Assembly (NCBI GenBank): GCA_025786725.1
Contig: JAHLTZ010000029.1
Coordinates: forward strand, 62,001 to 126,000
Source of the DNA: Syncephalis fuscata S228
Taxonomy: Eukaryota > Fungi > Zoopagomycota
DNA: 64,000 nucleotides
Reading direction: 5' to 3'
Made by a program: the position numbers and the translations under genes. Shown piece after piece: positions 1 through 12,399 of the stretch. Every line of letters starts with the position of its first letter. Position 1 is the stretch's first letter. The notes under the pieces are model-generated. The model was given only the letters and a program-made list of their open reading frames with translations, was not told where the DNA came from and searched no databases.

Positions 1-892
1 TACTGGTAATATCCAAGAACAACGTGACCAATTATTAGGCATTCAAATGCAGATGGTGCTGTTATATATAGTGCTGTATGTATCTACACACAACTGTATT
101 ACTATCAGTAGAATGGTTATAGCACAACCTTATGCAATAGCTGCATGGTGCTGTTTAATTCCATCTTTTGTAGGTTTTTTAACTGGAATATTTGTTATAA
201 TTGCAGTACTAGGCGGTTCAATGGCTTGTCGAGAGCTTACATTGACAATTTTAACTGGAATGGCTTTTGCTAATCCATGTAACAGTTTGGTTTTACTTCA
301 AAAAACATATTTAATACCATCATGTCCAAAATAAATTATATACATTGGTACTCCGCTTATACTAGCTCAACTAAGCTTTATAACTGTGCTTTTCTATAGC
401 ATATTTACTATCGAAACAAAAGTCGGCTGCGTAGATTATCATCCAAAGCTGTTTTTATGGTATTGGTTTTCTGTTTCTATGCCTGATAACATACTATTAT
501 CAGCACTTTTTAGTCGAATTGCACTAAAGCAATATCGGATGTTTGGCTCAGACATGTGGAAGCGATTAGCCCGTGATGGTTTACAAATAATGTCCATGAC
601 TGTGCTGTGCAATACAATATGCTACGCTTTCATTGCATTTCGAATTGGGGGAGATAATGCTGAACTACTTTTTGTTGTAGATTGGTAAGAGATAGTATTA
701 TGTATTGCAATATAAACTAATTGACTGATATATAGGATGATTATTGCTACACTATTAGCCAAACGCTGTGAAAGAATGCGCAAAATTAGGGATGAATCAA
801 ATCGACCCAAGACCGAATATATGATTGGTGTATCACAGATCACTACTGCGGTCTCATTAACAGAACTTGACAGTTTAAAATACAACATATAA
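1..892 (+). pseudogene. Orphan 7-TM GPCR-like family member (5' end outside window) with in-frame TAA at 332-334
   Basis: ORFs 47-334 and 386-688 are in the same frame and align with the intact paralogue at 54024. CCA AAA TAA replaces CCA AAA TGG. It has the family intron after the D-W codons and a second exon ending TAA at 890-892. Confidence 0.75.
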
Positions 893-1324
893 GCATATTT
901 ATCTATATCAATATTGCAATGAATTATAATCAAAATATTGACTTGTAAAAACTATAAGAAAGATATACATAAAAATAATGTAAGAATAGTATTTTACATA
1001 GTTTTATAACCTTTGTTTATTTCCAATAATATATTGCACCAATACTTGACTAAATAACAATGAAATAAAATTAATATAAATATCAATACTATATTGGCAT
1101 ATATGCAGTGATAGCATACATTTATATTAATCGTATATTATTCGCGTATTCTAAAATAAAAAATAAACTATCTTTTAAGGCTGAGTGACTAGTTGAACCA
1201 AAAGCTAGCACATAACACTGTAATTAAATAAAATGAGATAAGCACTAAAAATCATATTGTTTATTATTATCGTGTTTATTAAAATAAGAAAATAGTTACA
1301 AATTCTAATTCTTATGTATAAATA

Positions 1325-3799
1325 TTAGTTTTTAGATTGGTTAGATTTTTTCTTGAAAAAGTCAGTAACTTTTGTTCGTTTTGAAGGAGATGGTGCAGAC
1401 TTGTCTGGTTTAGTCAATGGATTGGGTCGTTTGGAATTAGCTGGTGGATTTGAAATATTTGTTTTATCATAATTATTGCTATTTACTACTGTGGATAGAC
1501 TACGCAAGTTGTGACTAGTGGCTTGTCTAAATTCATGCCGTTCTTTTTCCATCAACGACATAGCCAAATGAAAGTCTTGATGTTCCTGTTGATCTGATAA
1601 TGAGATTTTCTTTTTACACTTGTCGCATTGAAACGTCCAGTCATCAGCATCATTATTATTTTCGACAGAATTGATTGTATCTAAAAATAATTCTTTAGAT
1701 TGATTGTCTTCCAGTACGGCATCTTTATCTTTAAAAAACTCATTAAGAACGCGTGGTTTTGCCGATATATGTGTTTTAAGCTTAGGCGATGGTGGCCGGG
1801 GTATTAATGGTGTAATGGAGGTTGATTCTGCTAGTTCTATTGTATCCGGTGTACTTGTCTTAAAAAATCGAGTAATATCCATACGTGGATCTTGTTCTGC
1901 TTTGAACTGACTTACGAAAATAGATAATCCACGGCAAGGAATGGGTACTGGCATATTGCGCAGTAAACGCAATGTTCGATTGCCCAATAAGTCTGGCGTG
2001 ATCAGTTCTTTCCTACTAATCATTGGAGTATTCTTTGAACTATAGCGCGATTTTTGTTGCGTTATATCATTAATTACAGTATAGCTGAATGACAATTTGT
2101 ATGGCCAACGATTATTTGTTTCGTATTCATCTTGTATACGACTAAATAGCTCAATAGATAATATATCTATCCATTGTTCGAATGCTTCCATTGTTTTTAA
2201 GGGATAAAAGAATGTTTTGACAGAAATCATTGAGTTAATTAAGTGGTGTGCTTTAACTAATACCAGTAGTTAGTTAATATCAATAATAATTGATTTACTT
2301 ACGCTCATCACTGCCTATACCTCGCGCAGCGTTATATGCTAATAATGCACCATTTTTAATGCTTATCTTTTCTTCCAGCTGTGCTAACGAGTATTTCCTT
2401 TTTATTCATTATATATTTCAATATAGGACATTGTCATATTAACTTACCACACATCTTTTGGCGTTTCAACGTCATAGGCAGCTTGTAGCTCATCGCCCAA
2501 CTTTCCTGAAAAATACTTTAGTTTTCGTAATGGATAATTACGTAAAGTTTGCTTAATTCCACTCGCACAAATCATTGTCTATTGCATAATTAGTCGATGG
2601 TATATTATTTCAACCTTATTTTTACCTGCTGATCTGGTTTATTCAAGCCTGATCCAAGTTTAGCCAATATTTTGTTATTTGCAATGCCTAAAGCACAGTT
2701 AATAGCCATTGCTGTAAACTGAATTCTGCTATACTTACCAATAGAACAGGTATAACAAAGCTCATCGTAGACAGCACGCCTAATATCTGTGGCTATGGCA
2801 GCGCCCAAGTTGAGAAACATGCTTGACCAGTCAGTGCATTCTTTTGGAGGTACTGGTTTATCTAGCTTTGGTGGTTCCAATCCTTCCCTTTCAGCGTTCA
2901 TCATTGTTTCTACTTCGCTTTCTATCGAGGTAGCATTTTCATCTGCTATGATATGCGTGTTTGTGTGCCATGGTACTGTTGGGCAGAATATATCCAGCGC
3001 CACTACTTCCGACATATCTCGCTCACGCGTGTACTCCTTTCTAATTTTTTCAATCAACTCCGGTTGCAGGAAATTATAAAGACGCTCAATTACAAGCGAA
3101 GTAACATCAATAAACGCCTCATCTAACGGGGGGCTACGCTTAGTAATTTTATTATCTACCATCATAACAGCCACCGTGGGACTCACCAACGCTCGCCTTT
3201 TGGATGTTTGAAGTAAATGTTTCAAACACTTTGATGATCCGTTTACTGGCACGTCTATACGAATCTAAACAGACCTTGTGGGTTTGGCGGCGTGGCCGCT
3301 CGTGATAAGCGGCCGGTTGTCCATCGCCAGCATAGGTTGCCACGTGGACCATACGTATATCTGTAGTTTCGTTAAAAGCATGTCCTATTTAATGAGTTTT
3401 ATTTACTTACCTGGGCAGTGTTTTAGCGCTTCGGCCACTGAACTTTGTCTAAAGTGCATAAATAGTACTAAACAAACGCAGATGTAAATTGAAGCTCACT
3501 TTGATACGCCTGCTCGACGAGCCGGATAGTTGACAGCAATAAGACCTTGCCACTGTTGTACTGCAAGTGGCTTTTTTGGGTCAAGTCCTAGACGTACTTG
3601 TTCTAGACGAACAATTAGCAAGCTATAGCCAACGTAGTATTCGACTCTACTTACCCACTTGGCAGTAGAAGCAATCTGTTTATGTTACTTTTAGAACGCA
3701 TTCTTTTCTCATTTACCACCTACCCAAGTCAACGTGAAGAATGACTCGTTGCCCGCTTACAAGCGAGTTGAATGCATTTAACAACTGGACATCTAACAT
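1325..3799 (-). CDS. RAD30: Y-family DNA polymerase eta, multi-exon
   Basis: Spliced N-terminus RVILHVDL-DCFYCQVE, then PLAVQQWQGLIAVNYPAR, YRRAS, SV-DEAFID and CSIG-IANNKILAKLGS..NKPDQQ. C-terminal UBZ (CDKC..EHQDFHLA) and PIP-like TKVTDFF. Confidence 0.92.
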
Positions 3800-3929
3800 A
3801 ATACGTAGTAACAAGGAGACTCGACAAAACACAATGGTGCGTTAAAGGAGTAAAAAATCTTAATTTGTTATAAATTATTCTATTAATTAAATACCGCGCT
3901 ACATTTGTGCTACACACAACGCGTATCTA

Positions 3930-4100
3930 TTAACAATTATTGACCTTTTGTTATGATTGATGGTTAAATGGCTATAACTGATGATATTCGCGTAATTAAA
4001 TTGCATTTTCGTTTTATTAAATATAGAGCTGAGTGGTGAGTGACATCGATGATTAAAATACTCATCATTGTACATTCATTATCTAGTATGCATATATCAT
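3930..4100 (-). repeat. Dispersed repeat family, inverted degenerate copy
   Basis: ggtgagtgacatc...attatctagtatgcatatatc is the reverse complement of the motif at ~4705, ~23178 and ~28804. Confidence 0.7.
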
Positions 4101-4704
4101 CACGGTATGTGTTATTACTATGTATACCCGTCATTTTGCTTGATCAACGTTAAAATCATAACTAATTGACATGATCTAGTTTGTTTATAAATAATTTTAA
4201 TAAAACATAACTCCGTTCATATTCATATCGTTTGTTTTATCAATATAACTCAGTAAACAAACTAAGTGCGATAAGTGTATTTTTATTAATAAAAGAGTTG
4301 GAATCATACCGACAACAGCTATAGATAGCTTATGGCCAATATATAATAAAATAATAAACATTATAATGAATATACAGTATTGAACAAAATTAGCCATGTT
4401 AAAGTTATTGAGCATATATGCATAATCAATGAGCGGAATTAGTCGACATTTATTAATGATAAAGCTAGAACAAAAATAAAATAATTTTGGATAGAGGAAG
4501 GCTAGGTGAGTATAGAATGATATATAGAATAATAAATATACAGTAATAAAGCATATAAAACGATGTTGGTGTTATAATGCATATAGTGCAATGAGTGGAG
4601 TGAATGAAGTGTATTGAGACATATAAACAATAAAATGTGTCCAGTATAACATAGAATGATATAGAATAGTATAGAATAGAATGTGAATGCTATACGTGAA
4701 TATA

Positions 4705-4970
4705 GTATATATGCATACTGGATAATAACTTTACAATAATAAATATTTGATGACTGATGTCACTTACCGCCCATCACCATGTTCAATAGGTTGGATGTTA
4801 TTAAATGTTAGTCATTTAGCCACCAAGTAAACAATAAATGTGATGATGTAATGGTTAAATAAAACTTACCACTTGTCCCATGTTCAATAGATTGAATGTG
4901 TAGTTCAATTACACGAATGTTATTAAATGTAGTTATTTACGCCAAATAAACATTAAATGACTAATAAACT
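4705..4970 (+). repeat. Dispersed repeat family copy with partial tandem duplication of its 3' part
   Basis: atatatgcatactggataataa...tttgatgactgatgtcacttaccgcccatcaccatgttcaatag. The segment catgttcaatag...gttattaaatgt recurs at ~4880-4960. Confidence 0.8.
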
Positions 4971-6594
4971 GTCTAATGCAAAAAATAGTTATCTTTATTT
5001 AATTAATAAATAATGTAATATATACAATCCATAAATTGAATGACATTTTATATAAAAGACTATGAATAAATTGAAATATAGATGAGGAAATTACTCAAGT
5101 GGTGGAATAAAAGAAAGAGTAAAAATCAATAGCATAAAAGCAAATACAATTATAGTGTTACAAAACCAGGTTTATGATTTTGTAAACTTTGCTACGCAAT
5201 CTAAATAGAAGAGAGAACAATAAAGGTAGCTTAGTCAAATGTTAATTAATTAAATTAATAAAGATTATTAACTTAATAGCTTAACAACTCTTTTTACCAA
5301 TAAATAGCATTATTCAGTAATTTAAACAAAAGTCTCAACTGTGTAAACCTAAAAATAAGCTAAAGTGATTGGAAGTAGAAAATTTTGTTTATTTAATGTT
5401 TGGCCAACAGTATTAAGTATTTATAATACTGTCAGTAATTAAATGGCGAGTAAATGCAATGGACCCTGATGGGAAAAAGCTTAATTAGAATACAACGAAG
5501 CTTAAACTAAACTTCGTTGAATCATGTAATTTAGGCAATAGTAACAATAGAATATGTTAACAGTAAAATAAGAAGGATGAATATCAATGCATAAACAAAT
5601 GCCATTAGCATAGAACATGATACTATAATTGACAACTAAACTTTTAAGCATTGGATTCAGTATATAAACAGCAGTGTTTATTGGATTTTAAATAAAATAC
5701 TTGTAAATACATCTACTCTAAACTACGCCTTGTATATAGAACCAATTATAATGACACGATCTACTGTATTACTCTAGTAGCTATATAGGCTATGTTTCTT
5801 TAGTATTCTTAATAAAACTGATCACCTTATTACGAATACAAAAAAAAGAAACACAGCTTATATAACTGCTAAATTAATACAAAACGAATTAGCTAAATAA
5901 TGATCTATTGTTACTACAATACAATAGACCACAACATAGCTTTATACAAAATTTAAAACAGAACGGAGATTAACAACTTTTTAAATAAGAATACACAACC
6001 ACTCTTATAAATTTTACTTGCCATATTATATGGTGCAATAAGTGTGACTTTTTTGGGGGCAGGTTCAGGCTCTTAGGAGACTGTTTGGATAGCAAATGTA
6101 AGTTTTATTTAAATATTTAATAATATTACTAATACAATGTCTTATTACATTTAATTCTATTTTATGGAAGTGATAATGTTATTATATTACATTGATATCT
6201 ATTATAAATGATGATTTAAACACAAATTAATCCAATCAACTCGTCAACTATTTAAATCGTTACAATTAATTGCGTAAAAATATTTGCTGTCCTGGGGGAA
6301 CTCAAGGTAATAGTCAACCAAACCAAAATAGAACTGCCCTTTGCTTTCTATTCTCACAAATAATGCATATTTCCGCATATTATTTCTCGTGTCAACTATC
6401 TTGTTCTACCACAAATTATATCGTAAAAGCTTTTATTCTTGTGGCTAATTACACTTGTTGCAGTCAAAGTTATATTTGAAAGTAAGTGGCATATGAATGT
6501 AAATGGAAATGGGCATATGTATTTGTTTACGCAATATTTTGTATATTGAATTAAATATCTAATTTACGCAATATTGTTAGATAACAGAAATCCA

Positions 6595-8451
6595 ATGTCT
6601 ACGAAAGCGCCAATAATCGAGGATTTGTCACTGGGAAGAGTTGTTCCATCTAATAACTTCCATAGTATATCGGTGTCCCTACCTACTTGGCAAGATGCTA
6701 TAGGTCTTCGGACGGGTGTGGCAGATGTTTGTAACAAAGTAAAGATAGGATATCCACGCTTTATGTTCCATGCTAGAGTATTGCAACTGGCCAAGGAGTG
6801 TATGAATCAACATGGTGTTGATAAAAGCACCTACGGCTGCTTGCCATTCTTGACCCGTGACATGCCAGAACGATGTCGCGATTTTACATACAAAGACCAA
6901 ACGGCAAAGAATGGCATTGTAGCAGCAAATTCAATTCGTATTGAGGCATGCACATTTGGACAATATACTATACATGCTATCATCTATCCTATTGGATATG
7001 AGCAATCTGCTAAGTATTTTTGGTCATTGACAGGATGTGGCGTTTGTTCACGCTTTGCCGATTGTTGTTTAAAAGAAATAGGCATCAACGACGTAGATGT
7101 ACCTCTTGATTGTAATCTAGATTTAGTGGCTGCATCGCTCCAGCCTAATATTAATGAGTATTTACCTGCTGATCAAGCAGATAAAGCTAAACAGCTCATT
7201 CGACAACGCATTGTGGATGTTCTGCATGCAACCTACAATGATGCCGATGATGCAAATGCCGAATTTACACGACAGCATCCAAGTGCCTTGACCTTGAATG
7301 AGGACAGCGTGTATTTGTATCCTGGAGGCATGAATGTGATTTTTCATACACAGCGTCTATTAGGATTTATGAATCCAGAAAGCGAAACCGTTTGTTTTGG
7401 GTATGTATGTACTGCCATTTATTTATTTGTTTATTAACGCCTCAATAGACTTCCCTACATTAATACGCTAAGAATTTTGGAGCTGGTTGGACACGGCTGC
7501 GTATTCTTTGGCCATGGTTCAGATAAAGAAATCGACGATCTGGAAAAACGATTGGCTGATCCAACACAAAAACAAATTATTTCTATATTATGTGAAACTC
7601 CTAGCAATCCATTACTGCATAGTCCAAATATCAGAAGATTGCGTGCTGTGGCTGATAAATATGACATACCATTATTGCTTGATACCACCGTAGGCGGCTT
7701 TTCAAACAGCCAATTGTTTCCATTTGCGGATGCAATGCTTGTTAGTTTAACAAAGCTTTTCAGTGGCGATTGTGATGTCATGGGTGGCTGGTAAGTAGCT
7801 GCACTGTTGTGATTGCATTTAATAATTTGTATTATAGCTTGATTGTAAATACTACTCGATCACACGGTGCTCGTTTACAACATGCATTAAATGTAGATGA
7901 TGGCACTGGCCGTCCAGGCTACGAAGATACAATGTGGTGGGAAGATGCAATAGTGCTTGAACGAAACTGTCGTACATTTATGGAGCGAGATGCACGCATC
8001 AACCATACAGCAGAAATTATTTGTGACTATCTTCGTAGTCATCCTCAAGGTAAATATATTTGACAGTAATCAATACTATATTAACAACTCAATAGTTGAA
8101 AAGCTTTATTATCCAAAGTATATAGACAAGGAAATGTATGATTCATACAAAAGTCCAAATGGCGGCTATGGCGGTTTATTTTCGGTACTTTTACATACAC
8201 CTGAAGCAGCTCGCGCGTTCTTTGATGCATTGATATTTCCCAAAGGTCCAACATTTGGTACTAATTTTACTTTAGCTTGTCCATATGGTATATTAGCACA
8301 CTATGATATTCCAGAATGGGCAGATGAAGTTAACGCACCAGTTCATTTGATTCGTTTAACTATTGGTCTTGAAGAACCGGATTATATTCGTGCTGCATTT
8401 GATACTGCATTTGCAGCAATTCCAGATGACTGTAAGGCACTTGAAAATTAA
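6595..8451 (+). CDS. Cystathionine gamma-synthase-like PLP enzyme (STR2/MetB family), divergent paralogue A, 4 exons
   Basis: SVSLPTW, GYPRF, CETPSNPLL, PLP-lysine motif SLTKLFSG..DVMGG, GYGGLFS, KGPTFGTNFTLACPY, IRLTIGLE. Confidence 0.9.
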
Positions 8452-8645
8452 AGTATTTTGTTTTCTTCATGCCAGTGAATAAGTAAATGTTATGCAATAC
8501 ATACTTATACTGAATTATATGATAAGTTGTTATAAATTGCTATAATAAAACATGCATTAGCACATAATTACATGTTTTTCAATTCAAACACAAATAGCTG
8601 TATATTCATAATAGTTTATTAATATGTGGATAAATAGTAATGGCA

Positions 8646-10539
8646 TTATTCAGACTTAGTTGTGGCAGCCTCCGCTTTAGAGACGGCGTCGAATGCTGTA
8701 TCAAACCATTTACGTATAAGCTCGGGCTCTTCAAGACCAACGCTCATACGAATCAAGTGTGGTGGTACGTCAAATTCAGCCGCCCATTCTTGCTCTCTGT
8801 AATGCGCCAACAGTGTATATGGACAAACCAAGCTGAAGTTCGTGCCAAGAGACGGACCTTTGGCACAAGGTAAGGTATTATAAAATACATGGGCCGCTTC
8901 AGGTGTATGTAAAAGTACCGAAAATAAACCGCCATAGCCGCCATTTGGTTTCTTATGCAGATCATATACATCTTTAGTACTGTATTTTGGATAATAAATA
9001 TCTGCAACTATTGAGTTGTTAATATAGTATTGATTACTGTCAAATATATTTACCTTGAGGATGACTACGAAGATAGTCACAAATAATTTCTGCTGTATGG
9101 TTGATGCGTGCATCTCGCTCCATAAATGTACGACAGTTTCGTTCAAGCACTATTGCATCTTCCCACCACATTGTATCTTCGTAGCCTGGACGGCCAGTGC
9201 CATCATCTACATTTAATGCATGTTGTAAACGAGCACCGTGTGATCGAGTAGTATTTACAATCAAGCTATAAAACAAATTATTAAATGCAATCACAACAGT
9301 GCAGCTACTTACCAGCCACCCATGACATCACAATCGCCACTAAAGAATTTTGTTAAACTAACAAACATTACATCTACAAATGGCAACAATTGACTGTTTG
9401 AAAAGCCGCCTACGGTGGAGTCTACTAACAATGGAAAATCATATTTATCGGCCAATGCGCTTAATCTTCTAATGTTTGGACTATGCAGTAATGGATTACT
9501 TGGAAATTCACAAAATACAGCAAGCAATCGTTCTTGCATCGGGTCTTGCAAACGTTGCTCTAGTTGGTCAATATCTTCCTTAGACACGCTGCCATGGAAC
9601 AGGCATCCGGGACCAAATCTTTCCAAAATTTTAAGTGTATCTGTGTAAGGAAATCTACAAATCATTTGTTAGTAAACAGTTATTATTATTATTATTATTA
9701 TTATTAAGTTACCCAAAACAAACACTTTTACGTTCCGGATGCATAATGTTTAATAGATAATGGGCGGTGAATATTGCATTCATGCCACCAGGATACAAAT
9801 ACACGCTATCTTCATTTAAGGTCAAAGCACTAGGATGTTGTCGTGTAAATTCGGCATTTGTATCATCCGCATCGTTGTAGGTTGCATGCAGAACATCCAC
9901 AATGCGTTGTCGAATGAGCTGTTTAGCTTTGTCTAGTTGATCAGCGGGTAAATAGTCATCTACTAAAGGCTCAAGTGATGCTTCTACAGGATCTATATTA
10001 CAATCAAGAGGTACATCTGCGTCGGTAATGCCTACTTCTTTTAAACAACAATCGGCAAAGCGAGAACAAATGCCATTGCCTGTATTTTGCCAAAAAGCTT
10101 GGGCAAGTTTTCTATTCTCAATAGGGTAAATAGTGATATATACGTTATATTTTCCAAATTGGCACATCTCAGTGTAAATATGATCAGATATAACCAATTG
10201 TGAATTGGATTCTGTATCTGTATACGTAAGCGTTCGCTGTTTAATAATAAAGTTTCGACACAGTTTAGTTGCTTCTTCCGTTAGCATAGGTAAAGCACCA
10301 TAGATATTAGTATCTATTCCAAGTTTTTTGAGACATTCTTTAGCCAGTTGTATTACTCTGTAATGAACGACAAAGCGTGGATAGCCAATGTTTAATGTAT
10401 TGACAATTCGTGGTATTCCTTCTTGATAATCAATATTATCTTGCCAGGTAGGTAGCGATACCGATACACTATGTATATTATTGGGTGGAATGGTTCTTGT
10501 TGCGCTCAAATGGCCAAATATCGGCGCCTTGGTAGTCAT
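8646..10539 (-). CDS. Cystathionine gamma-synthase-like PLP enzyme, paralogue B, 4 exons
   Basis: SVSLPTWQDNIDYQEG, GYPRF, FPYTDTLKIL, CEFPSNPLL, SLTKFFSG, KGPSLGTNFSLVCPYTLLAHY, IRMSVGLE. Same intron positions as paralogues A and C. Confidence 0.92.
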
Positions 10540-10900
10540 ATTTGCTTTTAATCACTATAACCAATATAGAAAAATTGGTGGATAAATAAAATATTTGATT
10601 CATATTATTGTGAAAAAAGTGCCATTTATTAAGTGCGTTTTTATCAAGTATTTCCAACATTCCACGTGGATACACAGCCGTGTAACGAATCAGTATTGCA
10701 GATCAAGTTCAATATACGTAATGCTATATTTACTATGGTATAATGGGGTGACGACGACAACGACGACGACGACGTAATAGCTCAAAATGTCGATCATGTT
10801 GTCATAGTGTTAAACTATTTTGTTATATATACAGCATTGATATAGAATGTGTACAATCTATACTACTATTTAACTATTTTAATTTATTATAATTAATCAT

Positions 10901-12310
10901 TTAGGCAAGAAGAGTTGCTAATCTTTGTTTCAAAGCATGACATATTGTATTGGACATCAAAGCATCCATAGAATATATAGCAAGTGCTGCTTGATCTTGT
11001 GTATTGACATCTATACTATACGATTAAAGATAGCTTTTACAGCATATTGCTTACCATCACGACTCAAGGTTAAAGAAACTGCTGCTTTACTATTAGGAAA
11101 ATAACATTCAGCGTAATGAGCACTTTGGATGATCGTCGATAGCTGCCTTCTACATCGTAATTAACATCATTGTGTAATCTCTAAATAACATTAGCCTACT
11201 CTGGTAAATATTCTCCTAATAATAATGCCAATAGCATGCGATACACTTGATCGATAGAGTACGCCCTTCCATCTACCATGATCTTGTATCGACTGAGCTG
11301 TTCTGCCAGTCTCTGTAATGAAATAGGTATTACGTAGTGTCTATCAAGCGATGACAGTACATGCTGACTTGGTTTATTTGTCAAACGTTTGAATTGACCC
11401 TTCAAATCTAACGTTTGATCTGCCATTTCTATTAAATCATCGTTATCACTCTCAATCTTATAATAAGTATTGGCAGATGCAAATCGTAATAAATCCATAT
11501 TCACAATAGCCACCGGTAGAGATACTGTATTATAATTAATACAAATATTAATACTATTTAACAGCAATAACTATAGACTACTCACCACTCTGGCCGTGTT
11601 CCATCCAACGGGTCAGTTGCAATTGAACTTCAAGTGGTGCTGGTGTCCAAATGAAATCCACTGGAATTATTCTATCCCTGTTACAGTTACAATCCATTCT
11701 TACTCAATCCGTGATCTAAACACTTACCAAGTATCATTTGGTTCTAGTGCAGGTAATGAAAAAGTGTGTCGAGTGTGTTTATCCACATGAATACGGCTCT
11801 TTAAATGAACATCCACTGTATAACAGTTCAATAACAAGTTATGGACTATTTACACTTTACAGTTGTATTCATATTACATATTAATAAGGATACATGACCA
11901 ACCACCAGGAAGGGAATAGATGGCAGTTAAACGAAGATGCAAACCTGATTTGTTAGTAGTAGCCTTTTGCTTCTTATTACTCTCTTCTTCTCTTATATTA
12001 TGTGGTAACACTTCATAGCGTAGCAATCGGCGTTCTTTTGACGATGTTAATAGATGGCAGTCCTTTTTACCATCTAGTTGATACGACTTTTCTCGTAATA
12101 GCCAGGCAATAATACCGCCTAGTTCTAACAGCGCAGTGTCTAATGACTATTATAATTAAAGTTATCTTTTCTATCTACTGCCAATAGTGCCATTTGTAAT
12201 ATTGCTTAGTACCTGACACTGGTCTAATAGTCGATTATAGCTCTCCTCTGCTTCTTGTAATTCTTTTAAAGACTTTTCTACTTTAAATTGATATGGTTAA
12301 GTGATGCCAT
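10901..12310 (-). CDS. Multi-exon hypothetical protein, tentatively FAAP100/FANCB-like (coiled coil plus beta-sandwich region)
   Basis: Reconstructed exons: MASLNHINL.VEKSLKELQEAEESYNRLLDQCQ, SLDTALLELGG, YSLPGGWS/LDVHLK..HTFSLPALEPNDTW, VSLPVAIVNMDLLRF. Needs probable indel corrections. The family call rests on remembered similarity only. Confidence 0.5.
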
Positions 12311-12399
12311 GGGAGAAAAAGTTTGTTTTGATTTTTTTCTGCTCGCACCACTCTTATTACTGTTACTGTTACTACTACTTGTCAAATAAGCAGGTCAAC

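Noticed and set aside
332-334. Genome-wide stop-codon reassignment (TAA/TAG read as Trp)
   Set aside because: TAA and TAG terminate many genes in the window normally, and conserved Trp residues elsewhere use TGG.
6595-10539. Secondary-metabolite gene cluster around the CGS pair
   Set aside because: No NRPS, PKS, tailoring enzyme, transporter or regulator is adjacent. The neighbours are DNA repair and splicing genes.
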